The notes beneath the pieces are model-generated. The model was not told the origin of the DNA and ran no database searches. It saw only the letters and a list, made by a program, of their open reading frames with translations. Position numbers and translations under genes: made by a program. A stretch of 64,000 nt of DNA from Zygnema circumcarinatum SAG 698-1b (taxonomy: Eukaryota > Plantae > Zygnematophyceae), in NCBI GenBank assembly GCA_037447605.1, contig CM074815.1, forward strand, positions 2,232,001 through 2,296,000, written 5' to 3'. Below, piece after piece: positions 15,723 to 26,796 of the stretch (its first letter is position 1; each line of letters begins with the position of its first letter).

Positions 15723-18397
15723 TCATTTCCAACCACTCCCATCTTCGATGGTCTCATATGAAAATTTGGTCGCGAGAGTATCCTTGTAACGGTTCTTAGT
15801 CGGCGCACGAGTGAGTCGAGGAGGAGGCGGGGAGGTCTCGTCATCGGTGCTCGAAGGTGGCGATCCGCCAAGAAGAATGGGGGCTGCCGACCCGAATGGT
15901 ACATAGGTGATCTCAGGGTGCAGAACTGCTTGGCAGAGTGGCGTGGCGCTTGAGAGGCCCGGTGGTAAGGGACTTCGAGGATGATGGGGAAGGAAGCGGT
16001 CTGTCCCGCCCGGCGAGATAAAGTCACCGATTGACATGTGGCAAAGTCGATTTGTGCTCCGTAGCGATGAGCCATCCCGAGCTGGCCCGGGGATAGAATA
16101 GTGTTGGCGTGATGACGCATTCGCAGTGGCTCCCATCTCGCCAAGACTGATGACCACTTGGGCGCTGCCCAATCCTTCATGTAAGCTCCCTTCAACTCCC
16201 ACATATCGGGGGATGGGCTCAAGTGTCTTGTCCAACTTAACCCCTGCCGCCTTCATCACAGGCTTGGACAGAACTGTGCGCATAGCCCCCGTGTCGATCA
16301 TGGCTTTGCTGGGATGACCGTTGAGCCATACGTTGACAATGATCCGCACGTTGGGCGTTGGGATGAGAGGGAGGATCTGAATCTGTCGAGGAGGATGGCG
16401 AGGGGAGCGGACTGGGTCCGGCGGAGGCGCCGTAGCCATGTGGTGGATATCGGCCGGCGAGGGGACGTCTGGAGGAGGGGCCATAGGAATCGTGGGAGGC
16501 CGTAGGGTGGCCTCTGCGCTGTCGGCCAGCTTTCGAACTACGGCGGCAGCACCTGGTACAAGCTGCATCAACTGTGACAAGGTAATGCCGATCTTAGCCT
16601 TGTCTCCCATGAGTTGATGAACCATGCGTTCAATCAGGGATAGGCCGTCTGTCGGGGGGGGTGGTCGACGATCGGCTGCTTGGGGGTAGAAACGGGCTGC
16701 CCGAGGACGATGTGGAGGGTTGACGTGCATCTCTTCGGTCGCCGGTGGCGTCGGCTCTGGCTGCGCCGCTGTCGGCTCCTCTTCATTGAGATCTTCAATT
16801 TCCTCCTGGCGGGGATCGAGGATGACCGTGTGAAGGGAGGGATGGCCGAAATTCTTGGGACGAGGGTGTGGCCGTGGTCGCGGGTGCAGGAACTGGCGCG
16901 TTGACATTGGCGAGGAGGAATGGCGAGGATGAGAATGAGGATGCAGCCGGTTGGCCGAGGCCTGCGAAGAGGCGGTTGCGATCACCGGCGATCGGGCTTG
17001 GCGTAAAGCGAGAGTGATGGGGATTGGACAGGCGGTTGAAATGCAGCGGCAACCTCGGCGTGCGTGATCGAGGCGGCGAGGATGGGCTTTCGGCACCCAG
17101 CTCGTTTGTGAGGGAGGGGAATCCATGGGGTGCGAGATGGATAGGTGGTGGATTCCTAGCGGGATGGTGTAAGCGGGTGAAGGAGGTGGAGGCGGGCGAA
17201 AGGGAGCCGGTGTTCTCGGTGGTGTGGGAGCAGCCGGGAGCATATCCATGAAGGTGATCTCTGCAGGTGAGTTCCCTGCTGCTGCCTCTTTCCCCTTCCG
17301 GGCCTTCTCACTTGAGAGTCTCCGCATGCACACACGGGCATCATGTCCGTGTCGGCCGAAGGTGCAGAGTCCATGGTCGCAGCGCGGCAGCGAATTATGA
17401 TTCAGGCCGCGGGCAGGCGGGAACGCCCTCGAAACCCCGCCCTCTGTCATCGGCGGCATGAATGTCGGCCACTGGCGACTTCTCTCTCTTGGTATGCGAT
17501 GCGGAATAAAGGCCGATATCCTGGATGAAACATCCGGTATGTGAGGATTCACCGCCGGCTCAATGGGATGCGCCGGATTATGAGGGTATGGGGAAAGGGG
17601 AAGGGGCTTGGTTGTGCTGGCTATGGCCAGAGGCTGCACCACAGGGGCTGTCCGGACGTCCTGAGCAGTGACGCCGGAGAAGGAAGGCTTGTTCCGAGTA
17701 GATGTAGCGTAGGGATCGAACAACTGTTGATTCTGCGTCTTCAAGTACTGCTGGTAGAGTCGATCCTGTCGTGGATCTGTAGCGTTCATGTAATGTGGTC
17801 GTACATGTCGGTTGCCTCTCTCTTGATCATACAGACCGGCTCACGCCTGTCTAACAATGCACAGGCATCTGGCGGTGGGTTGTCTCGACTCCGCGATCCA
17901 GGTGGAAGTCCTTCGTGATGGCGCTAGCGAGGAACCCTTTAGACGCCGGAAGAAGTCAGGCAAGTTCACCGATCGTATTTGCCATGCATTTTCGCTCGGT
18001 GAATTCCAGCGGCAGCTCATCAACTGTGGCATTCTGTAGCGAAGTCGGTCTAGCACAGTGATCGGATCTGAAATCCAACGTTGTCTGAAAGCTTGCTTGA
18101 ATGTGTCCCTTGTCAGGGTGGCGACGACATCTGCTTTGTGCCAGTTTCGGGACAGCTTCCAGTTGACTGCCTCGCCTTCCAGCGCTCCAAGGGCAAGCTT
18201 GATCCACTGGTCCTCCTTCAGGTCTGCTTGCGCTGCCTTCTCCTCAAGGTGTCTCAGCCAAGCCTCTGCATCTTCCTGCTTGCCGGTGAAGCCTCTAGTG
18301 ATGATGCCCGTGGTATCCCTCACCTCACTCTTTTCAGGAATCAAGGCTATCAGTTTTGTCATCATCTCTTCCATCTTGCTGGGGAACTCAGATCTGA
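15723..18397 (-). pseudogene. Gypsy gag (capsid, degenerate zinc knuckle) and aspartic protease
   Basis: FTGKQEDAEAWLRHLEE...W..LALGALEGEAVNW...FKQAFRQRW; GRHGHDARVC; KAMIDTGAMRTVLS (DTGA motif). Confidence 0.85.
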
Positions 18398-18407
18398 NNN
18401 NNNNNNN

Positions 18408-18610
18408 GATAATCGGCGGCCTCTGGCGGTGTTCCCGAGTGCGCCTTGCTGGATGGTGTGCTGTTCCGTGGGCCGCCAACGCATGGCGCCGCCTTCTCTC
18501 AATCTCCGTTGGCAGCTCCTGGATTCCGTTGATCCGTGACACGGAAGAGGCATATGTCAAGTACAATTGAACGGACGCGGATCCGTCGAACGCAGCTCCG
18601 TTACGCTACA
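18408..18610 (-). repeat. Partial 5' LTR; the remainder and the PBS are probably lost in the N gap at 18398-18407
   Basis: Indel-rich alignment to ~12285-12472. Confidence 0.65.
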
Positions 18611-18641
18611 CCAGGGTGGAAAATATGAGGACCCCCTACTG

Positions 18642-18668
18642 TACTGTACTGTACTGTACTGTACTGTA
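18642..18668. other. TA(CTGTA)5 run between elements X and Y: stacked Tc1/mariner-type excision footprints, or slippage of one
   Basis: Exact TA-CTG-TA periodicity abutting both TIRs; CTG is the terminal trinucleotide of these elements. Confidence 0.6.
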
Positions 18669-21398
18669 CAGTAGACCCCCCCAATATTTTCGCCATGGTT
18701 TCGGCAAATATTGGGCGAAAATATTGGGTAGCGAAAATATTGGGTAGCGAAAATATAAGGGGCGTTATTCTTCATTTCGCAGACGTTTGGCCGTATTTTT
18801 TGGCCCGGCGCAGATCCTTATAGCTGTACGGAAGGCGTTAAGGAACTGCCTGGTTGCAATAACCATAGTTATGCTCGATTTCGCAGCTCGCGAAGAACCG
18901 TCGATGAAATGGGCGGACACGATGCCGCCAGGAAGGCATTCGCATGGAGTGCATTCGCCGTTGCGTGAAAAGCAACGCAACGGCTAAGCCGCCGCTTGGA
19001 GAGGGAGTGGTCCTGGTGGTTTTGAAGGCAGCTTAGCCGCCGCGTACGCGTAGTACGCAATCCCTTGCGCGTTCAGTTCGCGCATGTGAAGGCGCGNNNN
19101 NNNNNNTGTAGGATTATAGCCCGCCGAATGGCATTGGTACGTTTACAAAGCATTACCTTTGTGCGCGTGGGAATGACGGAGGGATGGAGGGAGTGTGCGA
19201 TTGAGTTGAGTTGCGCGTTTTTGTGTCTGTAAGTGTTTTCGAGCATTTTTGTGTGTGGTTATAGTGCTGTTCCCAATGGAACTCGCACTCCAAAAGCCTA
19301 GCAAGATTATCTTATCGACATATGTTTTGGCCTAGTTTACAAATTCTCGGTTAAAAAGCTTTCGATGTTGAAAGTGCTGCAGGCTGGTGGCATGGTTCAC
19401 AGTCTCTTGGTAAATGCCATCGTTCGCCATCAAACCTGCTACATTGCACTGAATTACTGTCCCAAGCATTGGAAATTCTGTAAACAGGTCCAAGTAAAAC
19501 ACCAGCGCTGCAGTGCAAATGGCGAGGCATGTCCACCCAGCCACCCCCTCTCTCGCGTCGGCTCCTCCCTCCCTCCCTCCCTCCACTCCCACTCCCCCCC
19601 TCCCAGCGTGTCAGCATCGACAGGCTCAGACATCCTGTTCTCATTGCACGGACTGTCAGGCGCGTCGGGGCGACGCGGCTTCTCCGACTGTACAAATGGC
19701 AAGATGCGCTGTTTGAGAAGATCAACGGGCGTCCTGTGTGTGACCGCGAGGTTGTTGGAGTCTTGACGCACAGGTGGATTGATTACTCACAAGATGAGCT
19801 CAGACTAATGGGAAACGCGCGCGTGATCGCATCCGTGATTGACAACGCGGCCAGTGGTTCAATTCAGCAGCTCGAGGCACAATTTATTCAGCAGCCACTT
19901 GATACGATGTCGAGGCATTATCCACGCGATGCCAATGCAGGCGGACCGGAGAGGCAAGGCACGAATGACACGAGGCAGTTNNNNNNNNNNNNNNNNNNNN
20001 NNNNNNNNNNNNNNNNNNNNNNNNNNNNNNNNNNNNNNNNNNNNNNNNNNTCCCTCCTTCCCTCCTTCCCTCCCTCCCTCTCTAGCGGCCACTCTCGCGG
20101 CCACCGCCTCTCTTGCGTCGGCTCTCTCCCTCCCTCCCTCCTCCCCTCCCTCCCTCCCTCCTCTCCAAAAGGGTGGAGAAGGCATACAGAAGGCAGGCAG
20201 GCAGGCAGGCAGGCAGGGAGGACCCTTGCTCGGGCTATGGCGGACGGCGAGGAGGGAGGGCGTTTAGGGGAAGAGCAGAAAGAAACCACGAAGACGCATC
20301 CCTTATGGGCGGAGAGACAGTCCGTATTGTCAAAGGCGCAAATATCGTATCGTATTTTTACGTTTCCATGGCCGCCGCCCCCCGTCCGCTGTTGCGTTAC
20401 GAGAAACGCAACGGCGATATCGCCGCTTGGAGAGGGAGTGGTATTCGTGGTTTTGCAAACTTAGCCGCGAGTAGGCGGCGGGCGGCGGTGCCTGGACTCT
20501 GTCTCTGTGTAGCGGGGTCGCCGCGGTAGAATTTAGAAAAGAAAATATAAAAGAAAGGAAAAATAATCAAAAAAAAAGAAATTAAAGCGCAGAAAAAAAG
20601 GGTTCAAAAATAAAAAACACCAAAAAACAAAAAACACCCCCTGCCAGGGTGATTCAACGTCCGTACCACCTAGGCCTCCGGAGCTGCGCCGACCCGGCGG
20701 CGGGCCTCGCGGAGTCGCGGGGCTGCGGAGCGTACGGCAGGCGGGGGCGTAAGGGACTGTGGCTCCGCGATCGCGGGAGATCGACGGTCGTTCGCGCCCG
20801 CGCGGGGCTGCGAGCGGTTATCATAAGGAAAATACTATTCTCACACCTTTTTTGTCTACACACAGACCTTTTTTCGTCGGGCAGATTTGAAATAGACAAA
20901 AAAGAAATTGATACACACCTTTTTCGTCGGGCAGATTTTACCCCTTACCTCTTTTTTTTCAGAGAAAAAAAATTTGCCTGCCCGAATCCTCTCGGAGCGG
21001 AAGATCCGTCCTCCACGAGTTCGTTCGCGGGTGGCCGTCTTTTACACGTGTAATGAAATTCTGCCGTCGATTAAAGCGAAGATCGCACCACGGCAGATCA
21101 CNNNNNNNNNNTGATTCAACGTCCGTACCACCCAGGCCTCCGGAGCTGCGCCGACCCGGCGGCGGGGCCTCGCGGGGCTGCGGAGCGTACGGCAGGCGGG
21201 GGCGTAAGGGACTGCGGCTCCGCGATCGCGGGAGATCGACGGTCGCTTGCGCCCGCTCGGGGCTGCGAGCGGTTTACATAAGGGTGCGTGTTAACAATAG
21301 GCGGGCAGTATTATATTAAAAAGTGGTTTTGGCAAATTCAGGGCGAAAATATTGGGGAGCGAAAATAAGAGGGGCGAAAATATTGGGGGGGTCTACTG
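18669..21398. mobile_element. pogo/Tigger-like TIR element 'Y' (~2.7 kb including three N gaps) with unidentified internal cargo; no transposase seen
   Basis: Perfect 26-bp TIR CAGTAGACCCCCCCAATATTTTCGCC (18669-18694; reverse complement at 21373-21398). TA flanks at 18667-68 and 21399-400. Repeated subterminal GCGAAAATATTGGG motifs at both ends. Confidence 0.88.
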
Positions 21399-21970
21399 TA
21401 CTGTATCACCAAAAAAAGGACAGTTCGTACATTCATACGGTGTCTCTCGAGTGCACACTTTGTCGTTTTCTGCGACCGGGCGCACATGGCCGCCTTGCCG
21501 GCCTGGACCCCACTTTACAAACTGTACAAACATGTACGGCCATGTACAAAACTAGGGTTTTTAGAGGATCTGTACAGCAGGGATTGGCCAATCGGAGGCC
21601 GTTCCGTTGCGCCGAACTGTACGAACCGTACATTTCGTACTTATCATACGGTATGTACGGAAGTAGAATCTAGCGTGCCTGTAAGCCTGTCAGTTTCGTC
21701 CCTTCTCTGAGTTCTCTCCCTCTCTCTCGCTCCCGCTCCCTCGTTCCCACTCTCTTACTTCCTCAGGCTTTTGCACCTATATTTAGCCCTTGAACCCCGG
21801 AATCCCTCACACTCTGACCCTCGGAATCCCTGAACCTCTGACTTTTTTGAACTTTTGAACTCTTTAGTCCCTGAAACCTAATCCCTGCAACCCCCGAAAC
21901 CCTAAAATCCTCAAACCTCCCCCACCCTGAACCCCTCCTCCTCCGTTCCCTCCCTTCTCCTCCCTCCGCC

Positions 21971-24900
21971 ATGGAAACCTCCCCTCCCCCTCCCTCCTCC
22001 TCCCTGAAGCGCCAGCTGGCCGAAAACCCTAACAATGGGCGCGAGAAGCGGGTGGCGGCCTCGGAGGAGGGTTCAGCCCCCCCCACCGTCTCTCTCACTA
22101 GGGAGACCATATTCCGCCTGCTCTGCCCGGGCGGCAAGACGGGCTCCGTCATAGGGAAGGGCGGGTCCATAATAAAAGCCATAAGGGAAGAGACGGGGGC
22201 GAGAATCAAAGTTGCGGATGCGGTGCCTGGAACGGATGAGAGGGTGATCGTGATTTCTGCCAATGAGAGGGTGGAGGAGGATTGGTCTCCCGCGCAGGAG
22301 GGGCTGCTGAGGGTGCATGGGAGGATAGTGGAGGAGGGGGAGGGAGGGAGAGAGAGAGGAGGGGGGAGAGCGGGGGGGGGAGAAGGAGGTGGGGGGGAGG
22401 GAGGGGAGGGAGGGAAAGAGGGAGGGAGTGTGGTAGGGAGGATGCTTGTGGCGAGCAATCAGATCGGTTGTTTGTTGGGGAAGGGGGGCTCGATTATATC
22501 GCAGATGCGGAAGGAGACAGGGGCTCAGATTAGGGTTCTGCAGAAGGAGCAGCTGCCGGGGTGCGCCCTACCGTCGGACGAGCTTGTGCAGGTGGGCTGT
22601 GCTGAATTAGGGTTAGGGTTGAGATTAGGCTTGAAAGTAGAGTTTGGAATGAGGCTGGTGTAGAGTTGGGGAGGGGGGAAAGGTCAGGGAGAGAAGGGAG
22701 GGAGAGGAAGGGGTGATGGGGACAGGGGGACAGGACTCTTTTGCATCCACCTCTCCTTTTGAAAGCACCAATTCCTTAGGGGACAAGCCATCATTTCCCT
22801 CTTCTACTTTCACTCCCGCTCCCTATCTCTTTCTCCCCTCCTCTCTCGCCTACTGCTCCCAGATCTCTGGCTATTTCCCTCCTATCCTTTGTTCTCATCG
22901 CTCTCACTCTCTCTTCCCCCCCGTCCCCCCCACTCTGTCTCTCTTTCTAACCTCGTCCCCTCCCCCTGCCTCTCCTTCTCTCTCCCTTCCTCCCGCTCTC
23001 GCTCTCTGATCAAGTCTCCCCCCTCCATCCCCCTCTCCCCCTCGCCCGCTCTCTCTCTCTCTCTTTGATCCCCTCACTCCGCCTCCATCTCCCTCTCCCC
23101 CTCGCCCCCTGTTTCTCTTTGACCCCTTCCCCACTCCCCCTCCCTCTCCCTCTCCCTCTCCCTCTCCCTCTCTCTTTTGCCCCCCGCCCCCCCCCTCTCT
23201 CTCTCTGACCTCCCCCACTTCTTCTCCCTCTCTCCTCCCCGCCCCGCCCGCGCCCACTCCCTCTCTCTCTCTGACCTCCCTCTACCCCCCCTCCCTCTCC
23301 CTCTCTGACAGGTCACTGGCGAGCTGGACGCCGTGGTGCTCGCCCTAAAGGCCATCACCTCCCGCCTCCGCATGAACCCCCCCCGCCATGCCCCCTCCAT
23401 GGATGTCTCCCATGGCGGCATGCCCCATCTCCCCATGACCCATCACCATGCCCATATGGTCGGGCCCATCTTCCAGAGCCTTCCAGGAGGCGCCACGTCA
23501 GCCGTGGCCTCCTGGCAACCTATGCCAGGGCAGCACGTGGCACACTTGGGGCTCTCTTCGATGTCTGCGGTTTCTGGGAACTCCTACGAAGTGGTGTTCC
23601 GTATTTTGTGTAATGGAGCAAAGATCGGGAGTCTGATAGGAAAGGGGGGGTCGATTATTAAGCAGCTGCGGGAGGAGACCGGGTCAAGGATCAAAATTGC
23701 AGACGCTGTGCCGGACGTAGAGGAGCGTGTGGTTATACTTTCGGGAACTGAGGTGAGGGAGGGGGGAGGGAGAGAGCGGGGAAGGAGGGAAGGGGGAGGG
23801 AAAGAGGGAAGGGAGGGAGACGGGAAGCTGGGGAGGGCAGGGGATGGGGGGAGAGAGAGAGGGGAAGGGGGGGAAGGGGGGGAAGGGGAAGGGAGGGAGG
23901 GGGAGGTGAAGGTGGGGAGGGGGGGGGGGNNNNNNNNNNGCTCTGCCCGGGCGGCAAGACGGGCTCCGTCATAGGGAAGGGCGGGTCCATAATAAAAGCC
24001 ATAAGGGAAGAGACGGGGGCGAGAATCAAAGTTGCGGATGCGGTGCCTGGAACGGATGAGAGGGTGATCGTGATTTCTGCCAATGAGAGGGTGGAGGAGG
24101 ATTGGTCTCCCGCGCAGGAGGGGCTGCTGAGGGTGCATGGGAGGATAGTGGAGGAGGGGGAGGGAGGGAGAGAGAGAGGAGGGGGGAGAGCGGGGGGGGG
24201 AGAAGGAGGTGGGGGGGAGGGAGGGGAGGGAGGGAAAGAGGGAGGGAGTGTGGTAGGGAGGATGCTTGTGGCGAGCAATCAGATCGGTTGTTTGTTGGGG
24301 AAGGGGGGCTCGATTATATCGCAGATGCGGAAGGAGACAGGGGCTCAGATTAGGGTTCTGCAGAAGGAGCAGCTGCCGGGGTGCGCCCTACCGTCGGACG
24401 AGCTTGTGCAGGTGGGCTGTGCTGAATTAGGGTTAGGGTTGAGATTAGGCTTGAAAGTAGAGTTTGGAATGAGGCTGGTGTAGAGTTGGGGAGGGGGGAA
24501 AGGTCAGGGAGAGAAGGGAGGGAGAGGAAGGGGTGATGGGGACAGGGGGACAGGACTCTTTTGCATCCACCTCTCCTTTTGAAAGCACCAATTCCTTAGG
24601 GGACAAGCCATCATTTCCCTCTTCTACTTTCACTCCCGCTCCCTATCTCTTTCTCCCCTCCTCTCTCGCCTACTGCTCCCAGATCTCTGGCTATTTCCCT
24701 CCTATCCTTTGTTCTCATCGCTCTCACTCTCTCTTCCCCCCCGTCCCCCCCACTCTGTCTCTCTTTCTAACCTCGTCCCCTCCCCCTGCCTCTCCTTCTC
24801 TCTCCCTTCCTCCCGCTCTCGCTCTCTGATCAAGTCTCCCCCCTCCATCCCCCTCTCCCCCTCGCCCGCTCTCTCTCTCTCTCTTTGATCCCCTCACTCC

Positions 24901-26796
24901 GCCTCCATCTCCCTCTCCCCCTCGCCCCCTGTTTCTCTTTGACCCCTTCCCCACTCCCCCTCCCTCTCCCTCTCCCTCTCCCTCTCCCTCTCTCTTTTGC
25001 CCCCCGCCCCCCCCCTCTCTCTCTCTGACCTCCCCCACTTCTTCTCCCTCTCTCCTCCCCGCCCCGCCCGCGCCCACTCCCTCTCTCTCTCTGACCTCCC
25101 TCTACCCCCCCTCCCTCTCCCTCTCTGACAGGTCACTGGCGAGCTGGACGCCGTGGTGCTCGCCCTAAAGGCCATCACCTCCCGCCTCCGCATGAACCCC
25201 CCCCGCCATGCCCCCTCCATGGATGTCTCCCATGGCGGCATGCCCCATCTCCCCATGACCCATCACCATGCCCATATGGTCGGGCCCATCTTCCAGAGCC
25301 TTCCAGGAGGCGCCACGTCAGCCGTGGCCTCCTGGCAACCTATGCCAGGGCAGCACGTGGCACACTTGGGGCTCTCTTCGATGTCTGCGGTTTCTGGGAA
25401 CTCCTACGAAGTGGTGTTCCGTATTTTGTGTAATGGAGCAAAGATCGGGAGTCTGATAGGAAAGGGTCGATTATTAAGCAGCTGCGGGAGGAGACCGGGT
25501 CAAGGATCAAAATTGCAGACGCTGTGCCGGACGTAGAGGAGCGTGTGGTTATACTTTCGGGAACTGAGGTGAGGGAGGGGAGAAGAAAGAGCGAGGAAGG
25601 AGGAAGGGAGGAAAAAAAAGGAAGGGAGGAGGGAGACAGGAAGCTGGGGGAGGGCGAGGATGGGGGGAGAAGAGAGGAGGGGAAGGGGAAGGGGGAAGGG
25701 GAAGGGAGGGAGGGGAGGTGAGGTGGGGAGGGGGGAGGGGGAATGAAGGAAGTGGATGGAATGGAAGAAAAGAGGGAGAAAAGGGCAGAGGGTGGGCGGG
25801 AGGAGACGAGAGCGGGGACGAGGGAGGCAGTGATGATTGCTAATGCATGCCGGAAACTCAAAGTTTCATTCTTTCGAATGCATCCAGTAACCCAGCTGTC
25901 TTGTTTTTTGTTTCCTCTCTCGCACTCTTATCTCTCCCCCCTCTCTCTTACTCTCTCTCCCCTCCTCTCCTCCCTCCCAGATTCCGGGGTCCCAATTCTC
26001 CTCTGCCCAAGAAGCCCTCTACCGCATCCAAGCCATCCTCCTTGAACAGGAAGGCTTAGATGAGAATGGTCTCGCTACCACTCGCCTTCTCGTTCCGTCC
26101 AACCAAATCGGATGTCTTCTTGGAAAGGGAGGCTCCATTATCTCAGAAATGAGAAGAACTTCTCGCGCAAATATCCGCATTCTCCCCAAAGAACAATTGC
26201 CAGGATGTGCCCTAGAAAGTGATGAACTTGTGCAGCTCATGGGAGACCCTAATGCTGTAAGAATTGCCCTGCAGCAAGTCTCAAAAAGACTGCGAGCGAA
26301 CCCTCCGAGAGAGGGACCCAAAGAAGCAGGAGTGGGAGGGAGTCAGAATGCAGTGGTAGTGGGAGGAGGAGGAGGAGGAGAGAGCTACTTTTCGACTCCG
26401 AATTTTCCACAGGCTGGTAGTACGGTATATGGGCAGGTGGGAGGGGGAGGGAATTGGCATCATACTGAGAGTGCGGGAGGGCCCCCTCCCACTGCCCAGG
26501 GTCTCCTACTCCCTACCGCCGGTCTAAGGGGTCTTTCTACTATCAATGTTCAGGTCCCGGTAGCTTCAGTGGGTTCAATCATAGGAAAGGCGGGAGCAAA
26601 TATCGCACAAATTCGGAACATTTCGGGGGCGAGAGTGAAGCTCCATGAGGTGCAGGACGGTTCAGTTGAACGGACGGTTGAAATTTGCGGAACGGCGGAT
26701 CAGTTACAGGCAGCACAGAGCCTGCTGCAGGCATTCATCATAAGTGGGACTTCCGCAAGAGAGGGAGGAGGTGGCAGTGGAGGAGCGCCGTACTGA
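21971..26796 (+). CDS. Five-KH-domain RNA-binding protein (HEN4/RCF3-like plant family)
   Basis: Exons 21971-22591, 23312-23752 and 25981-26796. Five KH GxxG loops (GSVIGKGG, GCLLGKGG, GSLIGKGG, GCLLGKGG, GSIIGKAG). The first two exons are duplicated at 23940-25572. Confidence 0.9.
23940..25740 (+). other. Near-identical duplicate of 22120-23929 after a 10-N gap (probable assembly or haplotype duplication)
   Basis: Offset 1820 bp; starts exactly at the gap; G-run difference near 25463 breaks the frame. Confidence 0.8.

Larger units (their letters stand above)
11468..18610 (-). mobile_element. Ty3/Gypsy LTR retrotransposon (gag-PR-RT-RH-INT), frameshifted, inserted into element X
   Basis: Termini TGTAGC...GCTACA; 4-bp TSD CCAG at 11464-11467 and 18611-18614; ~12285-12472 aligns with ~18420-18610 (LTR pair); Gypsy domain order on the minus strand. 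Confidence 0.9.
10919..18641. mobile_element. Non-autonomous pogo/Tigger-like (Tc1/mariner superfamily) TIR element 'X', ~576 bp when the nested Gypsy insertion is removed
   Basis: Left TIR 10919-10946 CAGTGGGGGGTCCTCGTATTTACCACCC versus reverse complement of the right end 18614-18641 CAGTAGGGGGTCCTCATATTTTCCACCC (25/28 identical). TA on both flanks. Subterminal CAATATTTTCGCC motif shared with element Y. Confidence 0.8.

Noticed and set aside
12285-18610. DIRS/Ngaro split-repeat element, or a second tandem gag copy
   Set aside because: TG...CA termini, a TSD, protease and DDE-integrase remnants fit an ordinary LTR pair; no tyrosine recombinase was seen.
19340-19420. Merlin/ISXO2-like ETVNH motif in element Y
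   Set aside because: Five-residue match only; the TA TSD and CAGT termini are not Merlin features.
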